From Podarcis gaigeae (taxonomy: Eukaryota): a stretch of DNA of 64,000 bases. The notes below the pieces were generated by a model. It did no database searches and was not told the origin of the DNA. It worked only from the letters and a program-made list of their open reading frames with translations. Every line of letters begins with the position of its first letter. Position 1 is the stretch's first letter. Of the stretch, positions 26,681 to 37,345 are shown piece by piece. Location of the stretch: the NCBI GenBank assembly GCA_964106915.2, contig OZ066922.1. One strand, given 5' to 3'. The translations under genes and the position numbers were made by a program.

Positions 26681-27993
26681 GAGGGGTGATCCTGCTCTTG
26701 CAGAGGAAAATTACCGTTCAATGTTGAATGTTGCTTATCTTTCTGTGAACTGCAGAAAAGATAACAGAAAGAAGAACTCCAGTTGTGCACAGGGTTTATT
26801 GTTATCATTTCTTATTTCAAATTTATTACCTGCCCTTCCTCCACACTGAAAGTCCAGGGCAGCTCATAATAATAAAAACATTCTCTTTCATGGACATACA
26901 TCCTGGTCTGGTCTTTACATTTCACCTACTGTTACTCCCATTGTCCAGGAGACAATACAGTGCTTAGTTTTTGATGTGGCTGGTCTCTTTTGAGTGCGGC
27001 TGTCGACAAAACTGCAATCAAAACTCAAGTTGTGCTCATGTTTCATTCTATGAATACATGTTCTGGCTTTGGATTCCAGTTTTACTTTCCTTGAACCAAT
27101 GTGAAATGAATCTTATGGATAGCGAGAAACACAAATACAACTAGATTTCAGTACCACCAAACAACATAATATAGTTTCTAAAGTGGAAAGGGAATAAGAA
27201 AAGTGAAAAATAACTGCTGTAATCTCCTTACCTAAGGTTTGGATTTAGCGCAATGCTTAGTAATTAAGCAGATATTCTAAAGGTATTTGTGCTTGATGTC
27301 CTGTTTTTCCAATATTAGAAGTGCTAGTGGGGGTGGGAACTTTTAAGTCAGTAATTTGTATTTTTGAAGAACAGCATGGCAAGAGTTATAAAATGTTATA
27401 GGAGATGTGTTGTTATATTGACTTCAAATATTTTCTCTGTGGAATCTGGAGCTATTTATATCACTGTATGGTTCTGATTATACATGACAGAGATTGTACA
27501 CGTCCTTTCAGTAAAAAGAGGTACACATCAAGCTTTTGTTTTATTGCATTTATCCAGGAGTTCTGATTCTATACTGTAGCACTATGTTAAAAAAAAAGAA
27601 GCAGCAAAAAGCCGGCTTTCAGGAAATTAAACCAACTTTTCAAGAAACATACTGAAATGTGTGCAATGCTTGCATCTCTAAGGAAAACCCCTTATTTGCA
27701 GGCATTTCCATATTGGCAAGTAACAAGGTTTTAGCCTGCTCTGTGATAGAAAAATCAGGATCAGTTGCCTGCAACTCATTACAAACAATGCAAAATTGGA
27801 TCAGATAGTGTCCTCTTCTGTCCTCAGCTGGCCTAGATATTTCTAATTGCTGAGTGCCTAACACACACAAACCTGTGGAGCCTGCTTATAGTGGTACTGT
27901 TGAAGGCCACTCTGAAAAGACATTTTAAAAGCAGAGGTGGGCAACTTGTTTTGTACAAGGTAAGGTATTTTTTATTTTACTTTTTTTTAAAAA

Positions 27994-28106
27994 AAAGGTA
28001 AAGGACCCCTGGACGGTTAAGTTCAGTCAAAGGCAACTATGGGGTTGTGGCGCTCATCTCGTTTTCAGGCTGAGGGAGCCGGTGTTTGTCCACAGACAGC
28101 TTTCTG
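27994..28106 (-). mobile_element. Sauria SINE 3' fragment
   Basis: AAAGGTAAAGGACCCCTGGACGGTTAA...GCTCATCTC is the reverse complement of the 3' part of the 49770-50152 copy. Confidence 0.8.
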
Positions 28107-30114
28107 GTATTTTATTGCACTTTTAAATATGTAAACTAAGCCTTGAAAACTCTTTATGTATGTAACTGCAAGTAAGGGATAAAGAGGATAAAAATAATTT
28201 AAGCCTTCTTTGTACTTCCCTTTTTGCATAAGGTGCTTTTGAAGGAATGGGGTTCCAATAAGGCTACACTTTGAAATTGTGATGTCAAAAATTGTTAAAT
28301 TTTTGAGCGATGATGTCTAAAAACACATTTTTAAAAAGTAAAAGATGGAATTCCACCAAGAACTTGCAGCCCACATAAAATTACCTCAGGGGCTATATTT
28401 TGCCTGTTTCTGCTTTAAAGTTTTCAAATGGAACCTTTAAAAACCTTGGCATACCCAGATGATTAGCACTCTGTGTAGTAAACCTCAAGAAGAATGTTAC
28501 TTTTCAAAAAGTTACAAAAGAATGTTTCCAAGTGGCAATTTCTTCAGCTAGCAACAATGTAGGAAACTGCCTTAAAGAATAATGATCCGTGTTGGGGTGG
28601 AGAAGGTTAAATTTGCCATAGATGTTCATATATTGTGCCATCTGCAGCAGCAGTCAACTTGAGAACACATTAATGCTGGATGTCAGGCATTCTGAATTAA
28701 CCCAACTTACTCTCAGGATCCCCTATCTAGATTCCGGATCCTGAAAATGGCATGGTGGGTCAAATGGGAATAAGGCCTAATAAGTTTGGCCTGCAGGCTG
28801 GAGATTTCCTACCTGTGATCTAGAAGTACCTTAACAATATTTCCCACTTAGGGAACAACTTTAGGAAACTTTTAAAATTGTCCCCTAAGGGGCAATATAA
28901 TCAAAACAGTCAACAAGAATATCCTAGTCATTGTGGTACAATATAAGCATGCTGTCTTATCTGGATTAGGATAATCATTATGAAACTCAAATGAGACTCT
29001 AGCATTATTGTGTGTAACAAAAGTAAAATAACACCAACTGCTTCTTCTTTAAGACTTTTATACTTTCAGTATTTAGTCTCATGTGTTTTGCAGTGGGAAG
29101 TCAAGGAGCACAGTGCTAATTGTGCAACTAAGGTCAATAAATTTCTTCATATCCCACCCCTGCCCTTCAAGCTCAGGTTTCCTTATTTCTTTGCCCATCT
29201 GACATATCCTATCATTGATGTATCCTGCTTCTGAAATGGCCTTTCTGTCTTTAGGCATTTGTGCAAAATATGACCATATCAGGTATGTCTAGACAGCACA
29301 GAGGAATGTGCTTGACAGATGTACCTTGTACGAAACACATCAATTAAAAGGCTTGGATTTTAGTAGCAGTACTTAAAGATTCTATTGACAGAACTCTTGA
29401 AAATGTTCTATTTAGGACTCACTTGTGCTAAGTGTAGTTATCACAGCATATGCAATGCTTTTTAGAAATGTGCTTATCTGGTTTTAGCAACCACAGAGCC
29501 TGTGTATTGCTGAATCCCACTTGCATTCTTAAAATAAGTTTATGCAGACCTTGCAGTGGCCTTGTGAACTATGTTGAGCACAATCATAAACTAATGTACA
29601 GTGCAGTTGCCTTTAGAGATAGGCAACATAATTTGTCCTAGCTGTAGTCGCCAAATTATTTTCAAGGGCAGCCCTATGTAGGGTGCATTGCAATGCTCAG
29701 CTTGGAGCTAAACAAAACATGAGTGAACAAACCTTTATAATCAAGGCAGGTTAGTAGCTTTTATATCAGATCTAAAAGTCTGCTTTCCAAATATTTTGGC
29801 TCATAGATAAGGTGAGTTAAGAGTATATAATTATGAAGCCTGAGACATGTTGCCCTGCTAGTGTTTTCCAGCAAATTAAGATGCTTAGTTAAGTACAGCA
29901 CATAGAATTTTTTTTCCAAGCATTTCAGTAAATTGTGATTTAGGTTGTAATTTTCATGCACAGGAACAAAGCTGTTTCTAGTGTGTATGTACAGTGCCAT
30001 GTCTTGTAATGAGATGTTTTGTGAGCTTCATCCTTCTAGAGTATTACAGTAAATAACAGGTTGATTGTGTGTGTCTTCTTTTTGATTCTACTGCTGTATA
30101 GATTTAAGGCTAAT

Positions 30115-30297
30115 TGCATTGGAGTTCTCCTAGGGAATGAGAGGTCTTTAGCTCCCCCCCCCCTAAAATATTTGAGTGGGCTAGGGCGCCCCAAGGTTGA
30201 TGGACATCGTCATTCAAATAGTGTGCGTGCACCGCATCATGTGGGTGGGACTTACCTGACCCCTCCCCAATATTTTATTTTAAGTTGGCACCCCTGC
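30115..30297. mobile_element. Short non-autonomous DNA-transposon-like repeat (hAT-like)
   Basis: Ends in AAGTTGGCACCCCTG (reverse CAGGGGTGCCAACTT); internal CCCC..AATATTT motif occurs twice. Confidence 0.45.
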
Positions 30298-30448
30298 CTT
30301 TACCTCTTAAGAAATTCAGACTGGCCTTGTTGTCCTGCAGATGACAAGTGAAGACTTTTTATTATTATTCTGGCAGGCTTTTGGGAACTGACTCTTTTCG
30401 ATGAAAGGGCTCTTAATGGTGTGTTGTGTGCTGTTCGTTGTTTTTTTT

Positions 30449-30796
30449 GGTGGCGCTGTGGGTTAAAGCCTCAGCGCCTAGGACTTGCCGATCAAAAGGT
30501 CGGCGGTTCGAATCCCTGCGGCGGGGTGCGCTCCCGCTGCTCGGTCCCAGCGCCTGCCAACCTAGCAGTTCGAAAGCACCCCCGGGTGCAAGTAGATAAA
30601 TAGGGACCGCTTACCAGCGGGAAGGTAAACGGCGTTTCCGTGTGCAGCTCTGGCTCGCCAGAGCAGCGATGTCACGCTGGCCACGTGACCCGGAAGTGTC
30701 TCCGGACAGCGCTGGCCCCTGGCCTCTTGAGTGAGATGGGCGCACAACCCCAGAGTCTGGCAAGACTGGCCCGTACGGGCAGGGGTACCTTTACCT
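30449..30796 (+). mobile_element. Sauria SINE, near full length, same subfamily as the 7591 copy
   Basis: A box TGGCGCTGTGG, B box GGTTCGAATCC (30505-30515), ACCTTT tail; almost the reverse complement of 7591-7937. Confidence 0.92.
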
Positions 30797-31121
30797 ATAC
30801 ATTTTTTTACCTTTTGTTTTAATTCCATCAATAGCTCAATTACTTTTTCACGATAACCTTTTATATGTTTTTAGCTCTGCCTGTTTAATTTGTATTTGTT
30901 TCCATTTTTGTGAGCCGCCTTGATTATGCGGGGGGGGGGGGGGAGGCGGGATATAAACAAAGAATAGCCAAAGAATGAGGTGAATAGTGCTCCAAGTTTG
31001 TGGTCCCCAGCTAGTGGCAATTCAGAGGTAGCTTAGGGCCATGATGCCTAGCAGCCAGTTGCACCTAGAGATGGAAAAACTTGAAGGACAAGTTTCGATA
31101 GGAGACCAAGGAAACACAGTA

Positions 31122-31258
31122 CAGTGGTACCTCGGGTTAAGAACTTAATTCGTTCTGGAGGTCTGTTCTTATCCTGAAGCAAAGTTCTTAAACCGAGGTA
31201 ATATTTCTGGGTTAGCAGAATCTGTAACCTGAAGCGTATGTAACCCGAGGTACCACTG
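31122..31258. mobile_element. Tc1/mariner MITE, copy B (internally deleted), just upstream of the CpG island
   Basis: Perfect TIRs CAGTGGTACCTCGGGTTA / TAACCCGAGGTACCACTG with TA on both sides. Confidence 0.9.
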
Positions 31259-32202
31259 TATTTAGGCTTATCTCTGGGCGGTAAGCGGGTAACTGCTGCC
31301 TCATTTTCTCCTATAGGCAACGCCTTGAGTACCATTTTCCAACCATTTCTCCCACAGGGTGGGTGGAAGGAAAGTATGCATTGAGCCACCTCGGCTCGTC
31401 TGCTTATCATTTCTGCAAAAAGCCTTCCACGGCATCATGCGTGGAAGAAGGCACCGCAGACCCCACAGCCAGCCCTGCGCTCACCCGCCGCTCTGCGAAA
31501 GCGCGGCAACAGGTCTGGAGCCTCGGGCAGCGCCGCGCGAGGCGCAGTTGCTCGAACGAAGCACGCGCGCGCCTCCGGCTTTCCGGCAGGCTTTCCCGAG
31601 GGGGGCCAGCAACGCACGCGCGCGCGCCTCCCGTCTCACATTTCCACCACGTTTTCTTTCTTGGAAAGGGCTTTTGCGAGGCGAGCGGCTACTTTTGGAA
31701 AAATGTAACCGAAGGGGAGGAAGGAGAAGAGCTGAGCGGGCGGTGGCGGGGTGTGTGTGTGTGGAGGAAAAGGAGGGACACACACACACACACACACACG
31801 TCCGTCCCGGGCGCCCTCCGTCCTTTCCTTCCTTCCCTCCCTTTCCTTCCTTCGCCAGCCACTCAGTCTCTCCAAGGTACAGGCAGAGGGCGCTTTAGCC
31901 ATGCCCGCCCCCTGCGGTTGCTGCTGCTGCTGCTGCTGCCGCTCCAGCTCCGCTCCACGCGCTGAGGAGGCTCCCGCTCCCCGGCCCCTGCTGCTGCTGC
32001 CGCTGCCACTGACAGACGCCCGGGGAAGCGGCGAGGAGACGGAGCCGCGCCGCTGCCCCTCGCCGCCTTCGTCCCTCCTTGGCATATAGCCCCCGGGGGG
32101 GCTGGTGGCTGCAGAGGAAACCTCTTCCCCCCCCCCTTACTACCCTCAACTGGCCCGGGAACTCCTTCGACCTCCTCGTGCTCCTGAGGGAGCCCGCTTC
32201 GG

Positions 32203-32262
32203 ATGTCCGGTTTCCTGGTGCCTTTTTATTATTATTATTTGAACCTGACCAACTCCGAGTAA
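32203..32262 (+). other. Upstream ORF MSGFLVPFYYYYLNLTNSE* in the putative VEGFC 5' UTR
   Basis: ATG at 32203 and TAA at 32260-32262; out of frame with the main ATG and ends 194 nt before it. Confidence 0.55.
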
Positions 32263-32456
32263 CTCGTCGGAGAAGGAGCGAGCGAGCGCCTGGGCCGGCG
32301 AAGGGGAGGGGGGCTCCTGCGCACCTTTCCTCTCTCCATCCTGGGGAAGTTGCCGCTTCGCTGCTGCCTCGGAGAGAGCCGCCGGGACTCGCTCGGAGCC
32401 GCGCGGCGTTGCCCACGCGCTGCCTTCACGGCTCCCGCCTCGCCGCCCTCTGCACA

Positions 32457-32603
32457 ATGCACTTGCTGGGATTCTTCTCTCTGGGTTGCTATCTGGCTGC
32501 TGGCGCGGTGGTGCTGCTGGGAGCTCGGGAGCCCGCGACGGCCGCTGCCTATGAATCCGGGCAGGGCTACTATGAAGAGGAGCCCGACGTGGGGGATGCC
32601 AAG
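32457..32603 (+). CDS. VEGFC: VEGFC coding exon 1 (signal peptide and start of N-propeptide)
   Basis: ATG at 32457 (A at -3) gives MHLLGFFSLGCYLAAGAVVLLGAREPATAAAYESGQGYYEEEPDVGDAK, the VEGF-C N-terminus (MHLLGFFS). 147 nt, followed by donor AAG|GTAAGC at 32604; lies in a CpG island. Confidence 0.97.
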
Positions 32604-35600
32604 GTAAGCAGGGGGGGTGGGGGGCGCAAGCCCTTCCCGGCCCGGCCGCAGACCGCCGGGACTTCGCTTCGCTCAGGCTCCCCGAGCGTCATGTGACCCG
32701 AGCGCTTGGTTGGTGCAGATGCAGCGCCCCTCGAGAAGTGCATGCATACCAGCCGCTCATAAAAGCAGGGAGCTCGAAACAGAGAGGAAAAGGTGCATTC
32801 CCACCTCCCTCCACCCCTCTTCCAATGCAAGGCGGGTGGGAAGCGGTATTTCTGTCCCACCATAGGTATTTTTAGGCTGGTCAGAAATTCTCCAGATTAA
32901 CATGCAATACACTGTGTGTTTATCACTTGTCTGGGATTGGTTGTTGCATTTAGGCGGAACGCTTAAGGATTCTATGAAAGTTTTGTCTTCTGAAGTTTTA
33001 GGCAGCCAATATGGCTATATGGGGGAATTATTGGTTTGTTTTTGTTGTTGCTTTTGTTTTCTTGTGTATTTTGTGTTCTCATTTTGTGTTTTTCTGTTGT
33101 GACTTGCCCTGGGATCTTCAGATGAAGGGCAGTATACAAATTTATTAAATAAATAAAACAATAATAATTGCTTCTGGGCTAAGGGTTTGGACACAATGAC
33201 TTCTGGTCATTCCTGTCTTTGCGGTGAGCTTATAAAGGTGATTCCTAGCATGCAGAATTAATTGGCCCCCGAGGATGTGGAGATCCGTAACCCTAGTTGT
33301 TTATCCTGTTATCTTTTGCTTGCACAGGGCTCTAAGTACTGTACAGACAGATAAGAACTCAGAGCACCATTGCTTCCCAGGGAAGTCATGTTAGTTTACA
33401 AACTAGTCACAGGGACAGGCTTGGTCTGGGGAATGCAGTATTAGTGCCTCCCTACTAGAAGTGGTTCACTGACTGTATGCATTCCTAGCTTCTTTATCAA
33501 GGGCAAAGCTGTGGAAAGCAAGGAGGTCTGTGTCCTTGGAGTGAAACGTGTGTGTTCTCGAAACTTTCCAGTATGATCTGACTAGCTGCTGGCTAAAATC
33601 TTTTAAAGCCTTTTGGAAGACTGGTGTGCATGGCAGTGTAACTGCAGCGTAAATCCACAAAGAGAAATAATTGCATTAGAATGTCTTCCTATTTTCTAAA
33701 GGTCTGTGGTGGTATTTATGAAAGTCATAATTTCTAAAGAGCAACGTGGTTTCAGGAAATTAACTTGACCTTTGACGGTCCTGCCTGGATAATTCTCGTT
33801 TGACAGCATTAACTTTAAACATAGGGCATACATAGTCTTTTCATGTTTGTAGAATACATGAATAACATCAGAAATATCAAACTCAGAGTTTTTATAGAAG
33901 ATATCAGTTACGGATACGTTGTCTACCTCTGTCTGCATTATGTGCATTGCAAGGATACCATGTTTTGCGAAGGAAACCTAAAACTGTTTATAAAAGAAAG
34001 TTTCTTTGCACATTGCATCTCCCTTTTAATGGGATATTTCCACAACAATCTGGACATTTCAGATTGGTGCTGACAGTTTTAAAATATAACAGCTGATCCC
34101 CACACACTGCAGGATAAATGCTGGCTTGCTGTGTGTCTCCCTCCACCCCCAATTTCTAATGTGTGAACACAGAACAAGTCCAATTGGTAATCACTTTAAT
34201 TTGATTAAAGCTAATATATGCCAAAACCGTAGCAAAACTGAGAGGCAGACATATTTCTCACTTGGTTTTACCTCATGCAAATCAGTTGACAAAGGCTGAA
34301 CTTGGTTGCTTGTTATTATGACGACTTTTAGTTTGCAAGTTATATTCAGTAATAATAGTTTCTACAGTGTATTGAGCATACACTCACAGGAAACAGTTTG
34401 GTGAAAGATGAATGGTGTGGAACAAAGTATGTGCTTTCTGTGTTTATTGCATCTTTGAAGTCTTAAACTTCCACCACAGTCTGCTCTGTGTTTTACTGAA
34501 GTATCATGACTCTGCGAGAAACCTGGGACAATAAAGCAAAGGAAGTGAAGAGTATGTGAGACTGGAAAGACAATGGACAGTGGATATCGAGGAGGTTATA
34601 TATTTTTGTTTTGGGGGTGAGCACCTGTGCTCCATGTGTGTGTGTATATAAAGGCATGTATGAGGAGGGGGAGGGAATTAAACACACATTCCAAGTTTTT
34701 ATAGGACATCCCCCCCCCTTACCATTGCTGTCCATGAGCATGAATGATGTCATTGACCTAAGTAGAACTGCTCAAGTAAGAACAATTGGAAGGATTTGGT
34801 CCCTGTTGATTCTGCATATTGGTCCCTGTGTGATGAGAGAATGCTAAAAGGAAATTCTTGAAGGAATTAAAATATGATTCGATAACTAAACTGTAGGTAA
34901 ACATTTCAAGGAAAGTACGATTGCGGACCCACACCCTGGTGGGTGAAAGGCAAGACCGACAACAGGTGTAAACAAGACTCCGCCCCCAACCTGCCCATGA
35001 TTGGGCAGTTTAATTCTGAGGGTGGCCGCCTCTCACACCATCCCTTGCAGCCGGCCAGGGTAATTCCCCAACGGCTAGCCACCATGTGAGAGCATTATGC
35101 CCCAGGGAGCTGTGGGTGATGGTGGTGGGCTGCAAATGCCGCCCACCCTGGGAGCAGGTGAGCAGCCATTATGGTGTCATTTTTTTCAGTTCAGATAAAA
35201 CGGAGTACTCTAGAGCCAAGTCTGATTGTTTGAAATTTGTGATTTCCTTAGCTTTTCCTCATTCAAGCCATTTTTTAGTTGAAATAGGACTGAAAATTTT
35301 GTTTCCATTTGTGTTAATAGATTCTATATTGTCTGTTAGGATTTAAAGTGGTTGTGTTGAGGAAGCTTCAAGTGGACAGCAGCTTTTTAAATACAAAGAT
35401 GGATGGGTATCATGGACCTGTTTTTCTAGGTGTTATGCCATAAACTTATGAAAATAGTATAACGTTGGTTGGTTTTTCTAACATTTCAAAGACATGTGGA
35501 AGAAAGGTAGCTCCATATGCATCAGAACAGTCATGTCTTCCTATTTAACCTCAAACTTTTGGAAACCTGAGGTAGCACAAGTAGTTCTTATGGGGCTATG

Positions 35601-36045
35601 GTGGGGGCACAGGTGGAAGAGGAGACACTCAACAGCTCCTGCTGTTGAGTATCTCAACTGGTGTCAAGCCAACCTGTCAGCTGTTATTCATTTTTTATAC
35701 TTCCATCCCCTTATACTTCCTTAAGAAAGCACAGAGCAGTTTGACATGAAGCTTCCACTGATGGTTGATCCAGGAAATGTACCAGGTCCATGCTTTCTTG
35801 GCTTCAACAATGGCATAGCAACAGGTGCTTCCAGACCAATCACCGGGTGTTTTCTTTCTCACCTTAAGTCATTCCATTCCTTTGAAGCAGAATCCCCCTC
35901 TAGCTTATTTGCATGGGTGTATAACTCCTATTGGTTTTAGGATAAATTAAAGAAACTTTCATCCAGCTCTGTTCTGTATTAAAAGGAGGGGGAAACTGTA
36001 GGTAGTTGTTGATTTTGAGTTCTGTCTTTTCTATTGTCCTGAGTC

Positions 36046-36876
36046 AATCAATCCTGAGTCAATCCTTTATTGGCATAATAAGAGTGCGTCATATACATGG
36101 ATCAGAACACAGCACGGATAGCGAAACATAGTAGGAGGTACTTTAGGATAAAACTGTTCAGATGTCGTGAGATACAAAAGTGGCTCTTAGGACCTATGGT
36201 GGTGTAATTTCATGGGTCATTCAAAAAATCTTGCACGTTCTCCACAATGTCATTCCTACAATTATTCAGGATACCCTGGAAGAGTCAGTGTGATAGATTC
36301 CCCTCCTTCAATAAGGGGGCCAGATACTTATCATACATTTTTGCATAAAATGGGCAATGAAATAAAATGTGTGTGATGGATTTGCCCTGTTTTGTGCCAC
36401 AAAAGCAGTAGATTTCAGTATATGGGGTTTTCAAGAATCTACCTTGCGAAACTGCAGGCAGCAAAACATTAAATCTTGTGAGGGAAGAAGCTCTGCGTCG
36501 GTGGGGCTCATAAAGGTGATGTAAAAATGGAGAATCCTGGCCAAACGAGGGTCAAATTCCTAAACCTAATGGGGAAAAGGTTTTATTGGCTGTGCTGCTA
36601 AGCGTTTGGAATTCAATCTCTAGAATTCTACGCTTGATTGTCTGGAATGCTTCCAATTGTGGGAGCATAAGCAGTGACTCGAGTGATAGGCCACAGGTTC
36701 TGATTTTGTTCTCAATGCGAGCTAACCATGCCACCAGCATATGGAAAATTAAAGAAGACAGATCAGACTTGAAATGTAGGCGGAGCCAGAATTTTATAGT
36801 GGTGAGCCACGCTTTGGTTTCCAGAAGCCCTTGGCCAGTTGCCAGACACATGGCTTCATACGGCACACAATTTAGC
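36046..36876 (-). mobile_element. 5'-truncated non-LTR retrotransposon (RTE-X-like ORF2 C-terminus)
   Basis: Minus-strand translation includes RRRASSLTRFNVLLPAVSQGRFLKTPYTEIYCFCGTKQGKSITHILFHCPFY (CCHC knuckle). AATAAA and (GATT)n tail. 13-bp TSD ATTGTCCTGAGTC at 36033-36045 and 36877-36889. Confidence 0.8.
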
Positions 36877-37188
36877 ATTGTCCTGAGTCTTTATGGCTCA
36901 CTCTGCAGAGAAGGGGATCCATTGTTTGGATAGATGTGTACACATCAAAGGCTGAGAAAGATAACTGGACACATGGGTCAGCTGGGTGGCTATGCGAGTC
37001 CTGTGTGTTTGTACATACAAGAGTGTACATAATATGAGTGTGGGGTGGCTACATCCACACCACTGGCATGAGGACCATTGGCCAAGGGTGAATGTGGCCT
37101 TTGGGCCAAAAACTGTTAGCCACCCCTGGTTTAAAGAGATTATAAAACATATAATCAAACATGTCATTCAACTTGTAATTGTTATATT

Positions 37189-37345
37189 AAAAGGTAAAGG
37201 TAAAGGTACCCCTGCCTGTACAGGCCAGTCTTGCCAGACTCTGGGGTTGTGCGCCCATCTCACTCAAGAGGCCAGGGGCCAGCGCTGTCCGGAGACACTT
37301 CCAGGTCACGTGGCCAGCGTGACATCGCTGCTCTGGCGAGACCAG
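37189..37345 (-). mobile_element. Sauria SINE, 5'-truncated (3' half)
   Basis: (AAAGGT)n followed by ACCCCTGCCTGTACAGGCCAGTC...; near-identical to 7591-7745. Confidence 0.9.

Larger units (their letters stand above)
31400..32760 (+). promoter_or_regulatory. CpG island: VEGFC promoter, 5' UTR and first exon
   Basis: Abrupt switch from CpG-poor AT-rich DNA to very GC/CpG-rich sequence (GCGCGCGC runs, GC boxes) around coding exon 1. No obvious TATA box. The TSS cannot be determined from sequence. Confidence 0.9.

Noticed and set aside
30449-30525. tRNA-like sequence with A/B boxes (also 42086 and 50606)
   Set aside because: SINE heads continuing into SINE body; no complete cloverleaf, so not called tRNA genes.
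1-31000. Possible additional protein-coding gene upstream
   Set aside because: Short ORFs lack recognisable domains or consistent exon structure; the region looks like repeat-containing gene desert.
31359-32875. Many long overlapping ORFs (100-205 aa) on both strands, some with poly-Q/poly-A/poly-C
   Set aside because: Expected stop-codon depletion in a CpG island plus CTG repeats; only the segment from ATG 32457 to the donor matches a known protein.
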